Source: a virus. From it: a stretch of DNA of 64,000 nucleotides. This document shows positions 28,062-37,837 of the stretch, one piece after another (position 1 is the first letter of the stretch; each line of letters starts with the position of its first letter). A model generated the notes under the pieces. That model made no database searches. It had not been told where the DNA came from and saw only the letters and a list, made by a program, of their open reading frames with translations. Position numbers and translations under genes: made by a program. The DNA lies in IMG/VR virus record IMGVR_UViG_3300005518_000017, positions 4,629 through 68,628 of that record. One strand, given 5' to 3'.

Positions 28062-28966
28062 GAATCACAGTCGCCGGGGGCACCGGCTATATCGGAAGTC
28101 GTCTCACAAAATTTTTGAGAGAGAAAGGGCACGAAGTTCTTGCGGTATCCCGAAAATTTGTTGATTTGAAGAACCCGGCTAGCGCGCACATGGTGTGCGA
28201 TGGCGCGGATATGGTGTTTAACCTAGCGGCGAACGTCGGGGGCATCGGGTTTGTGTCGAAATCTCGAACAGATTGCCTGCTTTCGTCTTTGATCAATACA
28301 AATCTACTGACTGCGAGTGTCGATTGCGGGGTTAAGCGGTATTTTTTCGCCTCTAGCTCTTGTATTTATCCTGATTCCGCCTATGGGGCCGCGCTGATTG
28401 AATCCGATGCGTATCCCGCCAGTCCCGCCGTCGATTATGGCTGGGAGAAATTGTTTTCGGAGCGGATGTGTTCGGCTTTTTCGGCTGAAAAAAATTTGCC
28501 TACTACCGTAGCTCGACTTCACGGGGTCTACGGGCCGGGAGATATCCGCCCGGAGGGTAGAGACCATGTAGTAACGGCTCTTTGTCGAAAGGTTATCGCG
28601 GCCAAGCTGAGCGGGAGTAATGAAATTGCTATCTGGGGAGACGGAACTCAGACCCGAAGCTTTATTTTCATCGATGACGTTATCGAAGGTATCTGGAAAC
28701 TCGCGCTCCAAGGCGTTCCGGGGCCGATCAATCTTGCGAACAGTGAAATTGTGTCAGTAAATGATATCGTCAACATGCTGGAGGATATCGCGGGAGTAAA
28801 ACCTACCCGTTTTTATTCCGTAGATGCCCCGGTTGGCTGTAAACACAAAATCGCAAATGTGGCCGCGTTACGAAAAGCTATTAATTGGGAACCGATGACG
28901 ACGATTCGTAACGGATTGGAAATTGTCTACCGGGAATTATGGGATCAGACAATCCAGAAACTCTAA
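28058..28966 (+). CDS. NAD-dependent nucleotide-sugar epimerase, GDP-mannose 3',5'-epimerase-like
   Basis: GGTGYIG, VFNLAANVGGIGF, FASSSCIY, YGWEKLFSE, ALCRKV, IWGDGTQTRSF. Confidence 0.88.
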   Translation: MRITVAGGTGYIGSRLTKFLREKGHEVLAVSRKFVDLKNPASAHMVCDGADMVFNLAANVGGIGFVSKSRTDCLLSSLINTNLLTASVDCGVKRYFFASSSCIYPDSAYGAALIESDAYPASPAVDYGWEKLFSERMCSAFSAEKNLPTTVARLHGVYGPGDIRPEGRDHVVTALCRKVIAAKLSGSNEIAIWGDGTQTRSFIFIDDVIEGIWKLALQGVPGPINLANSEIVSVNDIVNMLEDIAGVKPTRFYSVDAPVGCKHKIANVAALRKAINWEPMTTIRNGLEIVYRELWDQTIQKL

Positions 28967-29646
28967 TAGCTGTGTGCTGCTATGCGGGCGATAAATCGCT
29001 CGTCGAGCGCGCGCTTCCAGTCCACGTAGCGCATGGATGCCCGGTGGTTATCTTGAGTCCTTTAGATTCACAAGTAAAGATTCCGCCGCATATTTGCAGG
29101 CACGCCGGTCGCCGCGCGTATATCGGAGCGGAATCATGGATACGTCAACGTGAGCATTTACGATTGCTTTTGGAATTTCCGCACAAATATTTTTTGATCA
29201 ATGACGCCGACAGTTTTTGTGTTTCTCCAAAAATTCCAGAGCGGCTTTATTCCGAATCTGAAAATACTCTGTGGTCCAACGAAGTAATCGAGCCGAGACC
29301 ACATTCGAGTCCATATCCGAAAATTGCTTGCCAGCCTCCGTATTTTCTGTCTCGTGAATCTCTTGTCAAGATAATTCAGGCGTATAGAAAAGTTCCGGTG
29401 CACCCGATTACGCCCTATATAGATTACGCTATGCTCGCATGGGCCTGCGAGGCTGGGCTTAAACACCGGGCTTTTTCAGAACTGGAAACCCGTAGTGATT
29501 ATGTTTTTCACCCCGTAGGGCCTGTTGAATATCATTGCTGGCAGCGGCTCGATTACCGGATACGATACAACGGTTGTGTTTTCATGCATCCGATAAAGAC
29601 GGAGGAACAATTTAAAATGTGCAGGTCTAGTTATGAGCAACGATAA
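28939..29646 (+). CDS. glycosyltransferase-like protein (paralog A)
   Basis: YAGD, INDADS (DxD), QPPYFLSR, IDY, HPIK. Confidence 0.65.
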   Translation: MGSDNPETLIAVCCYAGDKSLVERALPVHVAHGCPVVILSPLDSQVKIPPHICRHAGRRAYIGAESWIRQREHLRLLLEFPHKYFLINDADSFCVSPKIPERLYSESENTLWSNEVIEPRPHSSPYPKIACQPPYFLSRESLVKIIQAYRKVPVHPITPYIDYAMLAWACEAGLKHRAFSELETRSDYVFHPVGPVEYHCWQRLDYRIRYNGCVFMHPIKTEEQFKMCRSSYEQR

Positions 29647-30355
29647 CACTCTCATCGCGGTAAGTGCATATGCCGGAGATTTGCATCAGGTGGAGACCAA
29701 TTTGCCAGTTTATACGCACCACAAATGTCCAGTCCTGATTCTTTCACCAAGCGACGCTCCGATAACGAAAGTATCGAATCCGAGGATTCATTGCAAATGG
29801 GATGGCCTCGCCGGGTGGATTGGGCCGCATACTCTTGAGCGGCACCTCCGCTATCTAAAGATTCTGCTGTCGACTCCGCAGGAATATTTTCTTTTTCACG
29901 ACGCCGATTCGGTTTGCCTCTCCGCAAGAATTCCAAAATATCTCTATGCCGAACCGGATACCATCTGGTCGAACATTGTGACAGATACCAATCCCGGACC
30001 CTCATATTTGCCGAAGCTCGCGCTTCAACCCCCATATTTTCTGTCCCGCAAATCAATCCACGCGCTGCTTGCAGCGGCGAATGATCCGCCGGTATCTTAC
30101 TACGCAGGCGTGTCAGAACATGACGGTTGCCCCATTCCCACCAATTGTATCGATCATTTCATGCTTCAACTCGCGGTTGGAAGCGGGCTTCCTTTTAAAT
30201 CTTTTCCTGACGGAGCCTCGTGGGAGACTTCTTCGGAAGTTGGTTTAAACGAGATGGCGCGTCGCGCGCGAAGCGGAGTGGTAATGATTCATCAAGTTAA
30301 ATCAGAAAAAGTGTTGCGACGATTATATGCAGAACATCGAAAATTTAGAAGCTAA
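29633..30355 (+). CDS. glycosyltransferase-like protein (paralog B)
   Basis: YAGD, FHDADS, QPPYFLSR, IDH, HQVK; clear paralog of the preceding gene. Confidence 0.65.
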   Translation: MSNDNTLIAVSAYAGDLHQVETNLPVYTHHKCPVLILSPSDAPITKVSNPRIHCKWDGLAGWIGPHTLERHLRYLKILLSTPQEYFLFHDADSVCLSARIPKYLYAEPDTIWSNIVTDTNPGPSYLPKLALQPPYFLSRKSIHALLAAANDPPVSYYAGVSEHDGCPIPTNCIDHFMLQLAVGSGLPFKSFPDGASWETSSEVGLNEMARRARSGVVMIHQVKSEKVLRRLYAEHRKFRS

Positions 30356-31286
30356 ACTATTGGCTCTCGGCGGCGAAAAGGTCAATCATGAAATCACTGG
30401 ATGGGATGAATTTCTGATGGCCGTCGAGAGTAGTGGCACGATTTTCGATACCGAAAAGCAAACCGTTTTCGGGGTGCTTTTAGCCGCGCAAAAATGCCAC
30501 GATAACGCTGCGCTTCTGTGTCACGATATTCCAGAACTTGAGGGATGGACTGGGTTCGCCCTGACTTCTCAGGGGACGTGGGTGAACCACAGTTGGTGCT
30601 GGCATCCAGAATGGAAAGCCGTGATCGAGACCACTGGATATTTCAAAAAATATTTTGGGGTGCGAATGCCGGTTGAATTTCTTCGCAGCGAGTTGGCCAA
30701 TGCAGAGGAATGTCGGACAGCGTTGGGAATACCGAAGGAATTGGGAAAAGTGCTTTGGGCGAAGACGCACAAAATGTGCATCAAATGTCGGCAAGAAAAA
30801 TTGTTGACCGGGTTTCGCGTGCTCAAGTATCCGCTAAAAGACGGCCGGATTAAATTGTGGGTCCGTAAGGACTGCCGAGAGTGTGAGCGGGTGGCGCTTA
30901 AGAAACGGGACCCGGATAAATTGGCAGCGGCGGCTAGAAAGTGGAGTAAGGATAATCCCGAAAAACGAAATGCTACTAGACGAAAATATAATCGAAAATA
31001 CCCAGAAAGATATCGAGCGCAATCGAGAAAATATTTATATGGGCTTTCAGACGAGAACTTTAAACAAATGCTATTAGATCAAAAAGCTTGTTGCGCGATT
31101 TGCGGGCGGGTATTTTGTTTAGACAGAAAGGAGCGTAAGTCTGCGCCACATGTAGACCATGATCACATTACCGGAAGTATCCGCGCACTCCTTTGCGGCC
31201 CCTGCAATTCTGGTTTGGGGTATTTTCAGGAATCACTACTCCTTCTCCAAAAAGCTTCAGAGTATCTTCAAAAATATTCGGGTTGA
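30327..31286 (+). CDS. endonuclease VII-family homing endonuclease with an N-terminal papain/transglutaminase-like domain
   Basis: C-terminal YGL...Q..CAIC...HVDHDH.TG.IR.LLC..CN.GLG; N-terminal CHDNA...GFAL...W.NHSW. Confidence 0.85.
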   Translation: MQNIENLEAKLLALGGEKVNHEITGWDEFLMAVESSGTIFDTEKQTVFGVLLAAQKCHDNAALLCHDIPELEGWTGFALTSQGTWVNHSWCWHPEWKAVIETTGYFKKYFGVRMPVEFLRSELANAEECRTALGIPKELGKVLWAKTHKMCIKCRQEKLLTGFRVLKYPLKDGRIKLWVRKDCRECERVALKKRDPDKLAAAARKWSKDNPEKRNATRRKYNRKYPERYRAQSRKYLYGLSDENFKQMLLDQKACCAICGRVFCLDRKERKSAPHVDHDHITGSIRALLCGPCNSGLGYFQESLLLLQKASEYLQKYSG

Positions 31287-31464
31287 CCGATTTCTTTCTT
31301 CCCCGCACTAATCAATACGAGCCTAAACTTCGATTCGATTGCTCATCGAATCACGGCCTATCCGCTGATGGCCACAGCGACAAACCCGTTGAGGGGTAAT
31401 TTTCTCAACAACCGGCGATACAATCATCAGAGGGCCGGGGTAAGTCTCTGGTAAACAATTTTTT

Positions 31465-32745
31465 ATGGCATTTATTTGCGACGATCCCACGGCGATTTCT
31501 GACATCGCCAGTAAAAATACTAACAGAATAATCGGAACCATCGCGAAAACTCTCGCGGCCAATTCAGTTTACATGAACGTCATCGGCGGAGGTGTATTTC
31601 CTTCTGGCGTAAGCAACTCAGTGCGCTCCGTCGTGCAGATGCAAGCTGCGCCCGGCGATTCGCTCGCGATTCCTACGTTCGTGTGCGATACCGACATTTG
31701 CGGACAGACGGGCGTGCAAGACCTCACCGATACGGTGGAATTCAATCTCCGATTGGAGTCTTTTCGTGGTCGAGGCCCGAACATTTGCGTCAAGAAAGGC
31801 TACGCGGCCTTCAAAGGCAGTTACGTGATGGCGGAAGACAGTTTGAAGAAACTGATCACCCAGTATGTGAATGCCGATATTCGCGCGCAGCTTTATCTGC
31901 GAAGCGCGAGCAAGTTCACCGCGAACGCTGGTTACGACTTCAATTCTCTTTTCACCGGCGGTCTCGAAAGCGATCTCGGCGTCCAGTTTGCTCCTTTGCT
32001 GCCCACCGGTCCCATGACCTTCAAGGCGCTTCATTACATTGCCCGATATCTCCGCGAGGTGCTTTTCGGCGAATGGTATGAGAACAGCCAAGGTATGCCT
32101 CATTTCCGTTTCATCGGCGGCTCTGATCAGATCGAATATTTTCGTTCTGAAATCGGCGTCCAGAACGTTATGGTTGCCCTTACTACGGGCGGCTACAGAC
32201 TCGGTGAAACTACGCTCTCGGCCTATAGTTTCGAGCAATCCCCCGCGTATCGCGGAATCGCCTTCGGTGTTGATCAACGACCCCTCCGGGCGACCGGCTT
32301 CAAGGAAGACGGCACGCTCGATCTAGTGGACCCGGTGACCATCGTTGCGAATCCGGCGAAAGGCACGGCTTACGCGAAACCGAATCCTACGTGGCTGACC
32401 GCCGACTATGAAGTTGGCGTGCTGATTGCAGACGGTTCGTTTGAACGTCTGGTCCCTGAGAAGTATGCTGGCGAAGGAAGCTTCAAGTTTTCTCCGCAGC
32501 TTCACATGGGTGAACTCGATTGGCACTATCAGATCGACAATCAGTGCAATCAGTGGGGTGACTTCGGCTGGCACAAGTATCAGATTACTCGCGCCTACCG
32601 TCCGTTGCGCCCGCAGCACATTATTCCGATTCTGTATAAGCGTTGTCAGGCAGACCTCGGTCTCGTGAACTGCGCTGATACCAGTTCCAGCACCTTCAGT
32701 GGCGCGGACGCCTTCTCCACGATTGGTTGCGTGGAGGATGTCTAA
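31465..32745 (+). CDS. major capsid protein
   Basis: 426 aa; own promoter and terminator; strong TTC/ATC/TAC/AAC codon bias; position after scaffold. Confidence 0.85.
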   Translation: MAFICDDPTAISDIASKNTNRIIGTIAKTLAANSVYMNVIGGGVFPSGVSNSVRSVVQMQAAPGDSLAIPTFVCDTDICGQTGVQDLTDTVEFNLRLESFRGRGPNICVKKGYAAFKGSYVMAEDSLKKLITQYVNADIRAQLYLRSASKFTANAGYDFNSLFTGGLESDLGVQFAPLLPTGPMTFKALHYIARYLREVLFGEWYENSQGMPHFRFIGGSDQIEYFRSEIGVQNVMVALTTGGYRLGETTLSAYSFEQSPAYRGIAFGVDQRPLRATGFKEDGTLDLVDPVTIVANPAKGTAYAKPNPTWLTADYEVGVLIADGSFERLVPEKYAGEGSFKFSPQLHMGELDWHYQIDNQCNQWGDFGWHKYQITRAYRPLRPQHIIPILYKRCQADLGLVNCADTSSSTFSGADAFSTIGCVEDV

Positions 32746-32769
32746 AAATCCCGATTGATTAAAAAACAG

Positions 32770-32806
32770 AGGCCGGTCTCAGTAACCCTGATGACCGGCC
32801 TTTTTT
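32770..32806 (+). terminator. intrinsic terminator after the major capsid gene
   Basis: AGGCCGGTC...GACCGGCCT followed by a T run. Confidence 0.85.
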
Positions 32807-32824
32807 CCAAGACAGATAAATTTT

Positions 32825-33979
32825 ATGGCGTTAGCACGACCCGGAGACTCCAAAATGATTCTGCTCAGGAAAATTCTTGAGCAAACAGCACCGGGGACTT
32901 CGAGACCCGGAGACTCGTCGAACAACCTCTTGAGAAAAATTTTGATGGCACTTGGCGGGAGGTTTAGATTCGACGACACCGACAACAATCTTTTGAGAAA
33001 AATTCTCACTCAGCTATCGTCAGGAGTTCCCGATACGAATGATTTTCGTCCGGGCGACATCGACGCCGTAGTTCTTCGCAAAATTTTGAAGCGCATTGGC
33101 GGCGTCTTTAAGCCGGGGGATTACGAAACGATCATACTCAGGAAGATTTTGGAACTCGGATTTCCCCAGACCGCAACAGCTACCGATTGGAAAAACCGAG
33201 TCGTGCAAGCCGGGGGTCTGGTTTCGGACAGCGTATTCGCGGCGCATGACGCCTTCTCGCGTTCGCTTTCCTCCGCCGGTTTGCTTCCAAAAATTTACAG
33301 ACTGAACACGTTTAGCGGTAACGGTCTGACTTCAGCCCTTGTTCCTTTCATTAATACGCTCGGAGCGGCTACTGATCAAAATAATGGTTTCGTCCCCGGC
33401 GATTGGTCACAGGCTGGCGGGCTAAAGGGGGATGGCGCGTCAAAAGAATTACGAACTGGAGTGTTAGATAATCAGGTAAGTATTTCTAACTTGTCCCTAG
33501 TTTTTTTCGGAGATGAGTTTGAGCAGACCAATACGAACCACTATGCTATCGGGGTCTTAACTGCCGGGAATTCGGCCTCTATCTTTCTTTCCGTTAGAAG
33601 GACTTTTACTCCTGCGGCTCCATCATACTCTTGCAGTCAATCTAACGATGCCCCGCTCGTTAGGGAACTTCCTTTTTCTGTTGGTCAATCTGGCGGTTTT
33701 ATTTCGGGAAGCGCAATTGGACTGGGGCCAACGGTAGGATATTTTAACGGAGAATTTGACAGTCAACAACCTCCGGGGACTACTAGAATTGCGCCGGTAA
33801 GTTCTGTCGCGCGGGACTTTTACGTGTTTAGTCGAAATTTTGGAGCGGGTGTTCCGTTTGATGGCGCGACATCTGCGCGCGGATTCGGATATGGTATCTT
33901 TTCGGGCCTGACTGGAGATGAAACGCGAAAACTCTTTCAGGCGATGTCCGTTTTATTTTCTTCACTCAATAGAATATGA
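32825..33979 (+). CDS. virion protein with five RPGD..LLRKIL repeats and a C-terminal beta-sandwich
   Basis: Five ~22-aa repeats in the first ~112 aa. Confidence 0.7.
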   Translation: MALARPGDSKMILLRKILEQTAPGTSRPGDSSNNLLRKILMALGGRFRFDDTDNNLLRKILTQLSSGVPDTNDFRPGDIDAVVLRKILKRIGGVFKPGDYETIILRKILELGFPQTATATDWKNRVVQAGGLVSDSVFAAHDAFSRSLSSAGLLPKIYRLNTFSGNGLTSALVPFINTLGAATDQNNGFVPGDWSQAGGLKGDGASKELRTGVLDNQVSISNLSLVFFGDEFEQTNTNHYAIGVLTAGNSASIFLSVRRTFTPAAPSYSCSQSNDAPLVRELPFSVGQSGGFISGSAIGLGPTVGYFNGEFDSQQPPGTTRIAPVSSVARDFYVFSRNFGAGVPFDGATSARGFGYGIFSGLTGDETRKLFQAMSVLFSSLNRI

Positions 33980-34200
33980 AAAATCTGTCTCCTGAATTTC
34001 AAGCCCTCGGACTTCTGAGCGCGAATACCATCGCGGAAGCGATAAAACATGCGCTCTCTGTGATTGAGCCTATGTTAAACCCCATACTTGTGATGCTACA
34101 GATTGGAATCGCGGCGGTCACCATAATTTGGATTTGGAGACGCGCTAAAGGAGCGAAATTAGATAATGAAAAAGCCGAAAGGGACCTCGACAATGAATAA
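33976..34200 (+). CDS. holin-like small membrane protein
   Basis: Hydrophobic helices followed by a charged C-terminus. Confidence 0.55.
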   Translation: MKNLSPEFQALGLLSANTIAEAIKHALSVIEPMLNPILVMLQIGIAAVTIIWIWRRAKGAKLDNEKAERDLDNE

Positions 34201-34741
34201 AATCCGAAACACAAAAATTTTGGTCTGGGCGTGCAACTCAATTCTGATTTTAGGAATGCTGGGATGCGCTTTTCGCCCCCTCCGTCCCGGTATCGGGACT
34301 ATCAATCTCCCCGGCGTGACGAGCACCGTGCAACAGTCCGAGAATCCCAAGACCGAATCGACGCAGCACTATGAAAAAATTACGGATGGCGTCAAAACCA
34401 CAGAAAAGCTTGAGACCAAAATCGGGGCATCTCAAAAAGACACGGCCCGCGAAGTCGCAGCCAAATTGTCCTCCCTCAAAGGTGTGGTTTGGATCGGAAT
34501 TCTGCTCTTTGTTCTCGGTGTGGCTTCGGCGGTGTGGCCCCCACTCAAAGTGATTGTGGGAAGTCTTACTACCAGTGTAGTGTGCGCGGTAGCGGGCGTC
34601 GCTTTGATCGTTCTTCCCTCTTTGATTGTGGGCAATGAAATTCTTATTTTGAGCGTTGCCGGGGGCGCAGTTGTGCTTTGGTTTTTTGCTCACCGGCATG
34701 GAACCGCGAGAGGCGAATTAAAAACTTTAAAACGTGACTAG
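34193..34741 (+). CDS. lipoprotein with C-terminal TM helices (spanin-like)
   Basis: Lipobox-like MLGC; three C-terminal hydrophobic segments; follows the holin-like gene. Confidence 0.5.
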   Translation: MNKIRNTKILVWACNSILILGMLGCAFRPLRPGIGTINLPGVTSTVQQSENPKTESTQHYEKITDGVKTTEKLETKIGASQKDTAREVAAKLSSLKGVVWIGILLFVLGVASAVWPPLKVIVGSLTTSVVCAVAGVALIVLPSLIVGNEILILSVAGGAVVLWFFAHRHGTARGELKTLKRD

Positions 34742-34767
34742 CTCACGTTTTTCTTGCACTAATACAT

Positions 34768-35805
34768 ATGCCTTGCGGTTGCGCTAACAACGTCCATCAT
34801 TGCGGTAATCCTTGCGGAGTTTCCCCGGCTAACACCGCCGCGTGCGAGAGCCTGCCATCACAGATCGCTAATTTTACTTTGCAGTTTTTCGGCACTGTGG
34901 TAAAGACCGAATTTGATGGAGTCGTTAGTTGGTCTCTGCCGTGCAATCTTAACATCGGCTTAGAAAATAATCCTCGCGCCGTAGATGAGGGGCTGGCGTG
35001 CTACTTCCTTCGACTTTTTCAAGAAGGCATCACTGGCGCTACTGGCCCGCAGGGCGAACCGGGAGAACCCGGAACGGACGGCAATAATGCCTATTCAGTG
35101 ACGCTGGCGAGTTTCACGCAGCCGACGCTCGGAGCGCCGAATGTGACCGTCGTCGGTGCCGCGAATCCTTCCATTTTAGAAGGGCTTTATGTCTTCATTC
35201 AGACTTCTGGCTGGTATCTCGTCAACAACGTATCCGGTGGAACCTTTAGCCTAACCTTAGCGCGCGCGGTAGATTCACCCCCGGTCACTGTGAGCGCGGG
35301 ACGACTGATTGTCCCTGCTGGCTTCCCCGGCGCAAGTATCACCGGTCCGCAAGGCCCGAAAGGGGACAAAGGAGATACCGGGAACGCGGGACAGTCCTTT
35401 ACCGCGACCCGTGGACAATATTCTGTCGCGCTCGGTGTTGATTACAACCTGCCGGTTATCTATACCGCCGTAAATTTCACCAATTCTTCTCCCGAATTAT
35501 TGCTACCTACACGCGGTTCGTATCTCGTGACCGGGGTTGTGGATATTATCGGGCTGTCGGGAGTAGACCTTGCGGATATCGTGTCTGCTAAGCTCTACAA
35601 TTCCACGAATGCCGCCGATATTGAGGGTTCTGATCACTCTGTTTCTCACTTGGTAGAGAATGAGCGAAAACAAATAGTTTTTTCGGTAATCGTCGATACC
35701 GATGGGGACAATCAAACTGTATCCCTCTACGGAAAATGCTCGACTGCCGATAAAGTAGCGGTGCTCGCGGTGACTACCACCCTGAATTTTGTGAGGCTCG
35801 CATGA
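34768..35805 (+). CDS. collagen-containing fibre protein
   Basis: Two GXY runs; Cys-rich N-terminus; C1q/BclA-like C-terminus. Confidence 0.8.
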   Translation: MPCGCANNVHHCGNPCGVSPANTAACESLPSQIANFTLQFFGTVVKTEFDGVVSWSLPCNLNIGLENNPRAVDEGLACYFLRLFQEGITGATGPQGEPGEPGTDGNNAYSVTLASFTQPTLGAPNVTVVGAANPSILEGLYVFIQTSGWYLVNNVSGGTFSLTLARAVDSPPVTVSAGRLIVPAGFPGASITGPQGPKGDKGDTGNAGQSFTATRGQYSVALGVDYNLPVIYTAVNFTNSSPELLLPTRGSYLVTGVVDIIGLSGVDLADIVSAKLYNSTNAADIEGSDHSVSHLVENERKQIVFSVIVDTDGDNQTVSLYGKCSTADKVAVLAVTTTLNFVRLA

Positions 35806-35992
35806 GTTGCCAGTGCAAAGATAACGGCCCCGTGGTTCGGATGACGGATTGCTTTTCATCGCGCGCGTGGCCCCAGATTACGATTGTGATTGTTAATCCA
35901 GACGGAAACGAGTTTATATTTTTGCAGGAAGACACGGGAGAATTTCTTTTCGAGGACGACAACACCCATTTTACACTTTTACAAACAGACCT

Positions 35993-36757
35993 ATGATCGC
36001 AAGCCAAATACCTATCCAATCTTTGCCGCTAGTCAGTGGCTACGTTTTTGTTCAATCAGAAATCGCTCCCGGCATTTTTCGTTTTCGCCGGATGCCGAAA
36101 GAACTTGTTGGTGCTACCGGCCCGCAAGGAGAGGTTGGCGCGACGGGAGCTACTGGCGCTACGGGTGCAACTGGCGCAACTGGGGCGACCGGTGCGGCTG
36201 GGAGTAATGGAACCAACGGCACTAATGGAACCAACGGCGCTGTGTGGAGGACAGGTTCGGGCGCTCCGTCGAACGGGCTTGGTGTAAACGGCGATTTTTA
36301 TCTCGACGACGTAAACGGGGACGTTTATGAAAAAGCGGCGGGGACCTACTCCGTCGTGGCGAATATCAAAGGCGCGACTGGGGCCAATGGCACAAATGGC
36401 ACAAATGCTGCGTATCAAATCGGAGTCGCGGTGAGCGACGAAACCACAGACCTCACCACGGGCACTGCCAAGATTACTTTTCGGATGCCCGCCGCCATGA
36501 CTTTGACAGCGGTGAGATCAAACATAAACACAGTATCTTCTTCGGGTTTAGTTACCGTGGACATCAAAGAAGCCGGTGTCTCGGTGCTGAGCACTTTGCT
36601 CAGTATTGACCAAGGAGAAAAAACGTCAACTACTGCGGCAACCCCGCCGGTGATTAGTGACGCCAATTTGGCCGATGACGCGGAAATCACAATCGACATT
36701 ACCGCAGCCGGAACCGGCGCAAAGGGACTCAAAGTTTGGTTAATCGGAACTTTTTGA
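35993..36757 (+). CDS. collagen-repeat fibre protein
   Basis: (GAT)n and (GTN)n repeats; GAP...G.NGDFYLD motif. Confidence 0.85.
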   Translation: MIASQIPIQSLPLVSGYVFVQSEIAPGIFRFRRMPKELVGATGPQGEVGATGATGATGATGATGATGAAGSNGTNGTNGTNGAVWRTGSGAPSNGLGVNGDFYLDDVNGDVYEKAAGTYSVVANIKGATGANGTNGTNAAYQIGVAVSDETTDLTTGTAKITFRMPAAMTLTAVRSNINTVSSSGLVTVDIKEAGVSVLSTLLSIDQGEKTSTTAATPPVISDANLADDAEITIDITAAGTGAKGLKVWLIGTF

Positions 36758-36758
36758 T

Positions 36759-37466
36759 ATGCCTTTTTTGATCAATCCATTTTGGGCTACGCCGTCGTTC
36801 GGACCCGCATCATTTGCAGGATTAGCCGGATGGTGGAAAGCCGATTCTTTTTCATTGTCAGATGGAACGGCTATCGGAGGGACTGGAGTAGAGTGGATAG
36901 ACCAATCTGGTAACGGAAACGATTTAGTGCAATCAACCGCCCTTTTGCGGCCTACTTATAGGACAAATCAATTTGGAAGTATGCCCGCGATTGAATTGCC
37001 CGGAATTCAATATCTGCTCCCTTCGAGTAGCATTAATCTATCCGGGGATTTCTGTGCGCTGGTCGTATGTAAACAAACCCTTTCAGATGATGGTATCCTT
37101 GCTGGTCACGACACGTTAAACCGGCAAATGCGGCTCAATCGTCTCTTGGGGAATGTTTGCAGTTATTATGCGGGCGGGTCAGAGTTTACCAGCAGCGGAT
37201 ATGGGACTCAAGACGATTTGAAAATGTATGCGTTTCGACGTTCTGGCGGAACGGTGTCGTTCCGTGAGAACAAAACGGCGCGCGGAACCGGTGCCGATGC
37301 TAATGCGTTTCTGATAACTCAGATTTTCATTTCTTCGGGCGCGGGAGGAACAAATGCCCTCGCGGGACTCGTGGGGGAATTGGTAATTTACACGGCGCAC
37401 CTGAGTGATAGCGATATCGACAATCTGTATGACAATTATCTAGCCTCTCGCTGGGGGCTTCCTTAA
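36759..37466 (+). CDS. LamG/concanavalin-like virion protein
   Basis: GL.GWW.AD...W.DQSGNGN....P...GEL.IY...YL..RWG. Confidence 0.75.
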   Translation: MPFLINPFWATPSFGPASFAGLAGWWKADSFSLSDGTAIGGTGVEWIDQSGNGNDLVQSTALLRPTYRTNQFGSMPAIELPGIQYLLPSSSINLSGDFCALVVCKQTLSDDGILAGHDTLNRQMRLNRLLGNVCSYYAGGSEFTSSGYGTQDDLKMYAFRRSGGTVSFRENKTARGTGADANAFLITQIFISSGAGGTNALAGLVGELVIYTAHLSDSDIDNLYDNYLASRWGLP

Positions 37467-37469
37467 AAT

Positions 37470-37835
37470 ATGAAAACAAAACTCAATATTGATCTCGGAG
37501 AATCAGATGGCCCGTGTCCTTGTCCGACAACCGACGCTGCTGGTCCTAACAAATATTATCCTACGATATACTATCGGGGCAAGGATTCTTTAGACCTGCC
37601 GAAAGAAGGAATCATGACAATCAAATTTCGTGTCAAATCGGAAACAGAATCTGAGACTTCGGAAGGTGAGCATTCATACTCATGCGATATCGAGGTTCAG
37701 AAAATTCTGGAAGTTGAAAGCGATTCGCCGGAAGCCCCCTATAAGTCTCGGAACGGCGCTGGAGATGCGCTCGATGCCCTGATGAAGGCCGCGATGAAAA
37801 TGAAAGACAGCGATTCCGATAAAGAAGAATACTGA
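37470..37835 (+). CDS. acidic hypothetical protein
   Basis: Co-oriented ORF in the structural block. Confidence 0.6.
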   Translation: MKTKLNIDLGESDGPCPCPTTDAAGPNKYYPTIYYRGKDSLDLPKEGIMTIKFRVKSETESETSEGEHSYSCDIEVQKILEVESDSPEAPYKSRNGAGDALDALMKAAMKMKDSDSDKEEY

Positions 37836-37837
37836 TC

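Noticed and set aside
36110-36240. 9-bp periodic DNA repeats
   Set aside because: Explained by collagen-like (GAT)n/(GTN)n coding.
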